Assembly (NCBI GenBank): GCA_017994195.1
Contig: JAGOLG010000001.1
Span: 12,494 to 76,493, forward strand
DNA length: 64,000 nucleotides
Reading direction: 5' to 3'
Origin: Rhabdochlamydiaceae bacterium
GTDB taxonomy: Bacteria; Chlamydiota; Chlamydiia; Chlamydiales; Rhabdochlamydiaceae
Under the pieces are notes generated by a model that saw nothing but the letters and a program-made list of their open reading frames with translations, did not search any database and was not told the DNA's origin. The stretch's first letter is position 1; each line of letters opens with the position of its first letter. Both the position numbers and the translations under genes were made by a program. Positions 10,450-18,119 of the stretch are shown piece by piece.

Positions 10450-11322
10450 TTAACTCTTTCTGTCTAATAGAGGTCCAATGAAATCTGATATCTCAAGAAT
10501 CACATCTTGAAGTGAGATGGAATCCTTCCCCATTGCAGAAAGAAAATTATGCCATCTTTGAAGTGTACTTGGAGCTTCATAAAAAGCTTTAGAGAAAGCA
10601 ATAGGATATTTAAGCTTTGTTTTTCGATTGGCAAATACCTTTTCTATTGCAAGCTTCATTGTATCCGAATTCAGCTTATGAGATCGGCAAAGCGTCCAAA
10701 TATCGTAAAAATCCTTCATTCGGGTGTTGATTAAGCCAAGTTTGACGATAGATTCTAATTTTTCGGCCAAAACTGTCTCAGCAGTATATCCCAATAATTT
10801 AGGCGCTGGAAGTTGTAGAAGTGTAGGATAATGTATCATGTGAGGTCCAGGGATAATAAGATCGTTAAAGCCAATGTCGATAAGGATGGGGATGCGAGCC
10901 CTAACAAGCGCAGCTGAAAAACTGGCAGAAACACCTTCATATTCTCCACCAGCCTGTATTCTCTGCAAGACAAGTTTTTCGCATGAAAATGTGATTGCAT
11001 CTTCTTCTGATTGGATTAAAGCAACCTCATTGATGATTTGCTTTAAATTTTCCATTTTATTGGAAGTTTTAGCCAGTAGGTCAATATCCATTGTGGCTCG
11101 ATGGTCTTCAGCATCCCAGACTTTGAGCATAAGACCTCCCTTGAGGAAAAACTTTTTCGCATAGGGACTAATGCTCAAGCGATACAAAAACCTCTCTATT
11201 CCATAATAACGTAAAATTTCCTCAAAAGGACGCTTTTTTGTGATTGAAAAATCTTTTAACTTCTGACGAATTGATTCTCCCAGAGTATTCTTCGTCTTTT
11301 CTCGTACTTTAATCACTAGCAA
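10450..11322 (-). CDS. abiEii: AbiEii/AbiGii-family nucleotidyltransferase toxin
   Basis: FFLKGGLMLKVW...HRATMDIDLL nucleotidyltransferase motif. There is a 14-nt overlap with the upstream AbiEi-like gene. Confidence 0.85.
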   Translation of the reverse strand: MLVIKVREKTKNTLGESIRQKLKDFSITKKRPFEEILRYYGIERFLYRLSISPYAKKFFLKGGLMLKVWDAEDHRATMDIDLLAKTSNKMENLKQIINEVALIQSEEDAITFSCEKLVLQRIQAGGEYEGVSASFSAALVRARIPILIDIGFNDLIIPGPHMIHYPTLLQLPAPKLLGYTAETVLAEKLESIVKLGLINTRMKDFYDIWTLCRSHKLNSDTMKLAIEKVFANRKTKLKYPIAFSKAFYEAPSTLQRWHNFLSAMGKDSISLQDVILEISDFIGPLLDRKS

Positions 11323-11929
11323 TCGTCTCCATAATGGGCTTTAAGATGTGCGCAACACGAAAAAGCTTAGCATATGCCATGAGTTTATTAATGTTTGTAT
11401 TGCCGCGTCTCCAATACATTTTTAGGGCCTCTAAAACGACATCCATGCCAATTTTGTTACGAAATTTAACACAATCAACTAAAGTTTTCTCAACATTAAA
11501 AATCTTAAAAATAATGCCGTTCATATGATGTTTTTCAACGCCTGTTGTGAGCATTTTTTCTGAATACCAGAAGTAGCGCATTGGAGGATGAGCAATAGTA
11601 GGTTTATAGGCATTTTTGGGAATGGCTAGGTAGACAAAATGTGGTATTTGAGTTGTAATTTCATGAAAAGCTAGAGCAGAAATGAGACAAATAACTCCCT
11701 GAGGGACTTTCTTTGCAGCCGGAATAAAGTCGGGAAATTCGGGTTCCGCCTCCTCTTTGAGTCGATAAAGGCCTCTACTAAGAGTTTCTAGCTCTCCCTC
11801 ATCGCGTAATTTATAAAGCTCACGACGATGAATTCCTAAATGCAATGCTTCAGACATGCGAAAAACGCCTCCTGTTTTTCGCAAAGATCTTCGTGCAGAT
11901 TTTTTGGGCTTCTTACTTTTTTTAGTCAT
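11309..11929 (-). CDS. abiEi: AbiEi-family type IV antitoxin / transcriptional regulator
   Basis: N-terminal winged-helix-like segment ALHLGIHRRELYKLRDEGELETLSRGLYRL plus a C-terminal domain. The order and size fit an AbiEi-AbiEii operon. Confidence 0.8.
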   Translation of the reverse strand: MTKKSKKPKKSARRSLRKTGGVFRMSEALHLGIHRRELYKLRDEGELETLSRGLYRLKEEAEPEFPDFIPAAKKVPQGVICLISALAFHEITTQIPHFVYLAIPKNAYKPTIAHPPMRYFWYSEKMLTTGVEKHHMNGIIFKIFNVEKTLVDCVKFRNKIGMDVVLEALKMYWRRGNTNINKLMAYAKLFRVAHILKPIMETIASD

Positions 11930-11977
11930 GGTACAAAATCTCGGACATTTTCATCTATATCCTAGATATTGTACCAT
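11928..11977 (-). promoter_or_regulatory. Candidate AbiEi operator: 9-bp inverted repeat with a nested palindrome
   Basis: ATGGTACAA (11928-11936, covering the abiEi ATG) and TTGTACCAT (11969-11977) flank an ATATC/GATAT palindrome (about 11957-11969). Confidence 0.35.
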
Positions 11978-12157
11978 AGGAAACGAGAAGTCAAGAATAT
12001 AATGATCAGATTACCGATCATCATACCTTGATTCCTACCGCAAATATCCTCCATTGATGGAAGAGTTTTTTAAATGGATAGCAAGAAAAGCTCTTTGTAA
12101 CTCTTGCGAAGAACGTATCAGTTTTGATACGTTTATTTCGACTTTAAAGGGGAAAAT

Positions 12158-12436
12158 ATGAAAAACAAGCATAAAGGTTCAAGCTTTGATGATTTTCTCA
12201 AAGAAGAAGGGATTTTTGAAGAATGCAATGCTGAAGCAATCAAAAGAGTCCTCTCCTTTCAGCTTGAAAAAGAATTAAAAAAGCAAAAGCTTACAAAGAC
12301 TCAGCTGGCAAAAAGAATGCATACAAGTCGTGCTGCTGTTAATCGTATTCTCGATCCAGAACGAACCTGTAGTCTAAAATCTCTTGCCATGGCTGTGTCT
12401 GCCTTAGGAAAACAACTAGAAATAAGGATTGCTTAA
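12158..12436 (+). CDS. XRE-family HTH protein, HigA-like antitoxin type
   Basis: SSFDDFLKEEGIFEE...LTKTQLAKRMHTSRAAVNRILDPE...SLKSLAMAVSALGKQLEIRI. This is the typical architecture of antitoxins paired with RelE/HigB-like toxins. Confidence 0.75.
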   Translation: MKNKHKGSSFDDFLKEEGIFEECNAEAIKRVLSFQLEKELKKQKLTKTQLAKRMHTSRAAVNRILDPERTCSLKSLAMAVSALGKQLEIRIA

Positions 12437-12458
12437 TAGATCTGAGCACATCTTGCCT

Positions 12459-14279
12459 TTATCCCTCAACATCAAGAGTAATCGTAGGAACTTGTTTCTT
12501 TAAGAGATCGAATTGCTTTGCAAGCTCGAGCGCCTCTTCTTCTGTGAGGCTGCCGCTGTGCAGCGCAAGCTTAATTCTTTCACGCTCCTCTAGCCAGTTT
12601 CTTTCCAAAATGCGCTTTAAAGTGAACTGAAGGGATGCTTTAGCTTTTTCCGGATTGATTTTTCGCTTCATCATTTCTAAAACAAGATCTCCTTCCTCTT
12701 CTTGCTCAAGACCTCCGGCGCATGTCAGCAAATCGATTTTATGACCCTCTTCAGAGCCTTGCAGCACCAGCTCAAAAAGACGGCGGCACATCGGGACTTT
12801 AAGCTGTGTTGGGATTAGATTAGTTTTTGCCGCTTGAATAAGTGCCTCTGATCCCTCCCCTGAAAAAAACAAAAGACGAAGAAGATCAGTTTCTAAAATC
12901 TTATCCGCATCGACATAGTCTTGCGTAACATGCCCTTCGCGCTTAATGATCGTAGGCATCATCGGGCCCATATTGATGACTTCTTGCGGAAGCTTTAATA
13001 GCTCGGCAAGTTTACGAAGGCTTTCATGGATGAGCACAGGCTGATCCCAGCTTCGTATTCTCTGTATCAGCTGCTCTGCTAGTTGATGCTTACCTGTAGG
13101 CGTCTCAACACGATGCGTCTTAGAAAATTTCTGCACTAAAAATGAGAGATAATCAAGGGGCTGCTTTAACAGGTTATCAAAAAACTGCGGCCCTTTTTTC
13201 CGTAAGATCGCATCGGGATCTTGGCCGCTGGGCAGCTGAACCACCCACACCTCGATTCCTTTTTTCTGGAAAAGATCTCCGATTTTGACAGCCGCTTCCT
13301 CGCCTGCCGTATCTGCATCAAGCGCTAAATAAACTGATTGAACTCCCAGCTGGACAAGCTCTCGCACATGCCCTTCCCCAAAGGCCGTTCCTTGCCCTGC
13401 AACTGCCCAATCATACCCTTCTTTGATCAGCCTTAAACAATCGATCTGTCCTTCGACGATGAGGGCTTTTTTCTCTTTCATGATTTTCTTGCGCGAGTAA
13501 CTGAGGCCAAAGAGAACCTGCGACTTTTTAAACAGAGGCGTCTCGGATGTATTAATGTACTTGCCTCCAAACGTCTCTTCCTTAAACTTGCGCGCAGAAA
13601 ATCCAATGACATGACCGACGCCATCCCGAATCGGAAAAGTGATCCTCTCTGAGAAAAAATCACGATTAGGCCCCTGCTCAGAGACTGAGACAAGTCCTGC
13701 TTTTTGTAAAACAAGATCTGAAAAACCTCTGCTATGCAAAAGTTTCTGCAGCGCTTTACGGTCTCGAGGCGCATATCCCACCTGAAACTGCTGAATAAAG
13801 TCTTGATCAATGCCCCTGTCATAAAGATATTTTAGAGAGGGCGCTGCCTCTTCAGAATAGAGAAGTAAAAAATGGTAAAACTGCGTGGCAAGTTCCACAG
13901 CATCCCTAAGAAGCATCTTGGAAGGGCCTGTCTCTTCAGTCTGCTGGATCCTTTCTAAGACAACACCAAATCGTTCTGCCAGCGATTCAATCGCCTCCAC
14001 AAATCCCAGCTTCTGGAAGTTCATCAAAAAAGCGATTGCATCCCCATGCGCCCCGCAGCCAAAACAATGATAATGCGTATCTCCACGGTTGATCATGAAC
14101 GATGGTGTCTTCTCTTCATGGAAGGGACACAGAGCTTTGTAAGACGATCCTGCCTTCTTCAGCGCCAGGTACGACCCTACCACTTCAGGCAAGTCAATCC
14201 TTTGTCTTAAGAGATCCAGGCTTTCTTTTGTATAGAGGGGCATAAGAGCCAGGATAAGACATTTGCTCTGTCTTGGCAA
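12459..14279 (-). CDS. dnaG: DNA primase
   Basis: CHC2 zinc finger CPFHEEKTPSFMINRGDTHYHCFGCGAHGD and a TOPRIM region (ALIVEGQIDCL...YLALDADTAGEEA). The probable start is the second Met (MPLYTKE, about 14243). Confidence 0.9.
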   Translation of the reverse strand: MPRQSKCLILALMPLYTKESLDLLRQRIDLPEVVGSYLALKKAGSSYKALCPFHEEKTPSFMINRGDTHYHCFGCGAHGDAIAFLMNFQKLGFVEAIESLAERFGVVLERIQQTEETGPSKMLLRDAVELATQFYHFLLLYSEEAAPSLKYLYDRGIDQDFIQQFQVGYAPRDRKALQKLLHSRGFSDLVLQKAGLVSVSEQGPNRDFFSERITFPIRDGVGHVIGFSARKFKEETFGGKYINTSETPLFKKSQVLFGLSYSRKKIMKEKKALIVEGQIDCLRLIKEGYDWAVAGQGTAFGEGHVRELVQLGVQSVYLALDADTAGEEAAVKIGDLFQKKGIEVWVVQLPSGQDPDAILRKKGPQFFDNLLKQPLDYLSFLVQKFSKTHRVETPTGKHQLAEQLIQRIRSWDQPVLIHESLRKLAELLKLPQEVINMGPMMPTIIKREGHVTQDYVDADKILETDLLRLLFFSGEGSEALIQAAKTNLIPTQLKVPMCRRLFELVLQGSEEGHKIDLLTCAGGLEQEEEGDLVLEMMKRKINPEKAKASLQFTLKRILERNWLEERERIKLALHSGSLTEEEALELAKQFDLLKKQVPTITLDVEG

Positions 14280-14379
14280 TTGCTAAGAATCAAAGAAGTT
14301 GTATTTATTTTCAGGCCTTAATTATAAGCACAAATAGAACTACCTAAAACTATGCCAGATACTTTCCGGAGCGCTTAAC

Positions 14380-17241
14380 ATGAAAAAAAGAAAATTGCTG
14401 TACTACTCTCTTTGTCTATACACGGCATTCATACAGGCTCCACTATTTTCTGTTTCTGCATCTTGGAATATCAATGGATCAGGTATTTGGTCAAAAACTA
14501 CTAATTGGTCACCTGTGGGGCTACCAAATGCCATCAATGACACCGCTACTTTTCCTGATCAAGCTGGCGCTTCAAGAGCTGTTACAGTCGATGGTAGCTT
14601 TATAGTAGGAGCCTTGGATTTTACTTCAGCGGATGACTATACCATTGCTGCTGGTGGAGTTGGTGATTTTCTCATACTCCAAGTAAGCGCCGGTTCAGCT
14701 GCTATTAGCACAGTAAGTGGTGGCGCAAATATCATCAACACACCTATGACTTTAACAAGCTCTGTAGTTCATACCAAAGCAGCCGCAGGAAGCAGCACCA
14801 TTTCTGGAGCTATGTCAGGTCCTGGAGGCTACACTAAGACAGGAGCAGGTACCGTCGTACTTTCTGGAATTAATAGTTATAGTGGCGGTACAACGATTTC
14901 TGATGGTACTCTCAGTCTTTCAGGTTCAGGCTCTCTTCTTTCAACGGGAGCTGTCAATCTAAGCAATGCAAGCTCTGTTTTTAATATCAGCAGTATTACA
15001 ACTGCCACAACCATTGGAAATCTATCAGGTGTCTCCTCCAGCTCTGTGACTCTTGGTTCTAAAATTTTAACTTTTGGCACGGCAACAGCCAGTACAACCT
15101 TTGCGGGTGTCATCAGTGGAGTGGGCGGCTCTATTATAAAACAAGGCTCGGGCACTACTGTCTTGACAGGGGCAAATACTTATTCTGGCGGTACGACGAT
15201 CAATGCTGGTACTCTCAGCCTTTCAGGTTCAGGCTCTCTTCTTTCGACGGGCGCTGTCAACGTTAACAGCGCTACTTCTGTTTTTGATATCAGCCCTACT
15301 ACTACAGGCACCACCATTGGTAATCTTACAGGGTTAGCCTCCAGCTCTGTGACTCTTGGTTCTAAAATTTTAACTTTTGGCACGGCAACAGCCAGTACAA
15401 CCTTTGCGGGTGTCATCAGTGGAGTGGGCGGCTCTATTATAAAACAAGGCTCGGGCACTGCTGTCTTGACAGGGGCAAATACTTATTCTGGCGGTACGAT
15501 TGTTTCTGCCGGCACACTCCAAGGAAATACTACGAGTCTTCAAGGAAGCATTCTAGATAATGCCAATCTTGTTTTTGACCAAACAGGTGCTGGAACTTAT
15601 TCCGGCTCAATCACAGGAACAGGAACCCTTGTTACTCAAGGGACAGGTCCTTTAACTTTCACAGGGTCAAGCACACTTCCAGGACAAGTGACTGTTTCTT
15701 CAGGCACTCTTCTCATCAATAGCTCTCTTGCAGGAGGAGGACCTATGACAGTATCTTCCGGTGCAACTCTGGGCGGCAATGGAACGATCACCAAAGATAT
15801 TACATTCCAAGGGATACTTTCTCCTGGCAACAGTATTGATACGATCAATTTAGTCGGCGCACAAGTTTTAGCTTCCGGATCAATGCTCGATGTTGAGATT
15901 ACTCCGACTACAAACGACCATGTGAACGTCACAGGAACGATGGACATACAAACCGGTACAACACTTCGATTCATTCCTACTCCTGGCGACTATTCATCGC
16001 CTTTCACGCACACTCTTATTCACACAACTCTTGGCGTCACGGGGACATTTACAAATGTCATAAGCACGCTTCCACTTTTTTCAGGTAATGTAACTTATAC
16101 AGCTACTGACGTGCTCTTAGGTATTGGGATGCTTCCTTTTTCAACACTCGTTTCGACTGGAAATGCCGGACAAGTCGCTCATTGCCTCGATGGGTTTACT
16201 CCAGCTCCCGGCTCGGATCTAGAAGCAGTGATTAATGAGCTTCATTTTGTTAGTAATGCCGAAGAACTCCAAAAAGCGTTGCTTCATATGCAGCCTTCAC
16301 AATTTACAGCCCTTGCTTTGATGCAAGAAAATAACACTCTTGACGTCAATAATGGAGTATTCAATCACATTGAGTCGCTCCAACCTTATTGTGCACCGAA
16401 AAAAAGAGGGACCAACTTGTGGGTGCTTCCTTTTGGAACACAGCAAAAACAAGCCCATCATCATCAAAATCCCGGATATCGATCTACCACTCCTGGCGTA
16501 CTCTTAGGCCTGGATGGATTTGCTACAAATAACTTTCTTTTAGGAGGATTTCTCGGGTATTCCCACTCACATTTGAAGTGGACCGAAAAGTCGGGTTCTG
16601 CACACCAAGATACAGGCTATGCCTCTCTCTATAGCAAATGGGGCAAACGGCATGCCTATCTTGAATCGTCCCTGATCTTCGGCTATAACCGCTACGAGAC
16701 AAACAGACATATTTTCTTTACCTTTGATGGCAAGTTCAGCCGGCATGCTAAAGGTCAGCATCATGGATTGCAAGGCTCCTTCCACATCAAAGCAGCCGGA
16801 GATTTTGAACGCAAAAAAATCATCATGTCGCCTTTTGCACAGGCAAGCTATCTTTACCTTCATGAAGGCAGTTTCAAAGAACACGGCGCTCAAAGCTTAA
16901 ATCTTCATGTCGATAGCAAAAACTCCGACCTCCTGACTTCAGAGGCAGGCCTCAAACTCTCCCATTGCTTTTCACCATCCCGCGCTACAGTCACTCCTTA
17001 CATTCAAGGAAGCGGAATCTATGAAGCAAGATACCGCGGGCATCACGAAAAGGCAGGCTTTAATGGATGCCGTCTGAATGTCAAAGGATTAAACCCCTCA
17101 CGCATGCTCGGCAGTGTTGAGGCAGGTATTAATTCAACCCTTGCAAATCAAGCTTACGGTCTTTCTCTTTTCTATCAGGGCCGCTTTGGGAAACGATTTG
17201 CAGACAACGCTCTCTATGCTCAGTTGAATGTAAAGTTTTAG
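14380..17241 (+). CDS. Autotransporter outer-membrane protein with autotransporter-associated beta-strand repeats
   Basis: Signal peptide; repeated G(A/I)NTYSGGTTI..GTLSLSGSG motifs; a C-terminal beta-barrel-like domain ending in ...ALYAQLNVKF. Confidence 0.85.
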   Translation: MKKRKLLYYSLCLYTAFIQAPLFSVSASWNINGSGIWSKTTNWSPVGLPNAINDTATFPDQAGASRAVTVDGSFIVGALDFTSADDYTIAAGGVGDFLILQVSAGSAAISTVSGGANIINTPMTLTSSVVHTKAAAGSSTISGAMSGPGGYTKTGAGTVVLSGINSYSGGTTISDGTLSLSGSGSLLSTGAVNLSNASSVFNISSITTATTIGNLSGVSSSSVTLGSKILTFGTATASTTFAGVISGVGGSIIKQGSGTTVLTGANTYSGGTTINAGTLSLSGSGSLLSTGAVNVNSATSVFDISPTTTGTTIGNLTGLASSSVTLGSKILTFGTATASTTFAGVISGVGGSIIKQGSGTAVLTGANTYSGGTIVSAGTLQGNTTSLQGSILDNANLVFDQTGAGTYSGSITGTGTLVTQGTGPLTFTGSSTLPGQVTVSSGTLLINSSLAGGGPMTVSSGATLGGNGTITKDITFQGILSPGNSIDTINLVGAQVLASGSMLDVEITPTTNDHVNVTGTMDIQTGTTLRFIPTPGDYSSPFTHTLIHTTLGVTGTFTNVISTLPLFSGNVTYTATDVLLGIGMLPFSTLVSTGNAGQVAHCLDGFTPAPGSDLEAVINELHFVSNAEELQKALLHMQPSQFTALALMQENNTLDVNNGVFNHIESLQPYCAPKKRGTNLWVLPFGTQQKQAHHHQNPGYRSTTPGVLLGLDGFATNNFLLGGFLGYSHSHLKWTEKSGSAHQDTGYASLYSKWGKRHAYLESSLIFGYNRYETNRHIFFTFDGKFSRHAKGQHHGLQGSFHIKAAGDFERKKIIMSPFAQASYLYLHEGSFKEHGAQSLNLHVDSKNSDLLTSEAGLKLSHCFSPSRATVTPYIQGSGIYEARYRGHHEKAGFNGCRLNVKGLNPSRMLGSVEAGINSTLANQAYGLSLFYQGRFGKRFADNALYAQLNVKF
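14848..15453 (+). repeat. Tandem 303-nt (101-codon) duplication inside the autotransporter gene, plus a partial third unit
   Basis: The unit boundary GGCACT recurs at 15151 and 15454 (ggtacc at 14848). About 122 nt at the 3' end of each unit are identical (about 15035-15156 and 15338-15459). Confidence 0.9.
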
Positions 17242-17293
17242 ATTTTTTGAAGATTGCAAATAAGTGTTTTCAAGCTGTAAATTGCCATCTAAT

Positions 17294-17626
17294 ATGAATA
17301 TTTTGGCTCTTAAATCTGATGGACGTGTTGAAGCGGTTTACTTTACAAGAGATTCACTAGTTGTGGATTTAAATGATGGCCGTACAATCTCTGCTCCCCT
17401 TGCTTGGTATCCGAAGCTTCTTGCAGCCTCTCCAAAAGAAAGAGCTCATTGGGAAATTTGCGGGGGTGGATATGGGATTCATTGGCCTGACATCGATGAA
17501 GATTTAAGTGTTGAAGGATTACTCCGAGGATCACCTGCACCCAAACTAAAACAATCTAGGATCATTCCTAAAAAAGCGCGTTCAATCAAACGTCGTCGAC
17601 AGAGAATCAAATTAAAAGCTCGTTAG
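17294..17626 (+). CDS. DUF2442-family protein with a basic C-terminal tail
   Basis: VEAVYFTRDSLVVDLNDGRTISAPLAWYPKLLAASPKERAHWEICGGGYGIHWPDIDEDLSVEGLL matches the DUF2442 pattern as I remember it. The start was chosen at MNILALK. Confidence 0.65.
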   Translation: MNILALKSDGRVEAVYFTRDSLVVDLNDGRTISAPLAWYPKLLAASPKERAHWEICGGGYGIHWPDIDEDLSVEGLLRGSPAPKLKQSRIIPKKARSIKRRRQRIKLKAR

Positions 17627-17718
17627 AATCCATTCATAACCTTGGATCGGTGTTTAATATAAAAATTGAAATTTTTAATTCTATTTACAGAAATCAGCCC
17701 CGGCGATTTAATTGACTT

Positions 17719-18111
17719 ATGGACAAATTAAGTCAGGGTGATAAACCTGATATTTCATCATACGATGCTTCCTGGGATGAGTGGAGGAGCCAGCAGGTTC
17801 AAACAATCACTCATATTCTTTCTTCGGTGTTTAAAGTCGAAGATGAAGCTCGGCAGATGCAAGCCCCTTCTAGGCTTCTCAGACGCTCGTCTGTCGATTC
17901 TCCCGAAGATGAGGCAAAGATCCGTCATAAATTGACTCAAATACGGCAGCAAATCTCAGAGTACGAAGAGATGCTTAAACTGGGCTTAAAGCGGGTTGAA
18001 AACGCACTTGAAAAAATCGAGCCTCCAGCGCAAGAAGAAAAAGCTCCAGTTAAAAAAGTTTCTTTGACGCGCCATCTGCTTGATAGACTCAAATCTTCTT
18101 TCTTCAGATAA
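17719..18111 (+). CDS. Hypothetical protein (charged, coiled-coil-like)
   Basis: ORF track only. No family recognised. Confidence 0.4.
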   Translation: MDKLSQGDKPDISSYDASWDEWRSQQVQTITHILSSVFKVEDEARQMQAPSRLLRRSSVDSPEDEAKIRHKLTQIRQQISEYEEMLKLGLKRVENALEKIEPPAQEEKAPVKKVSLTRHLLDRLKSSFFR

Positions 18112-18119
18112 TATCCGAT

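Noticed and set aside
14877-15458. Two near-identical 92-aa minus-strand ORFs (14877..15155 and 15180..15458).
   Set aside because: They are antisense shadows of the 303-nt tandem repeat within the autotransporter gene, and their similarity only reflects that repeat.
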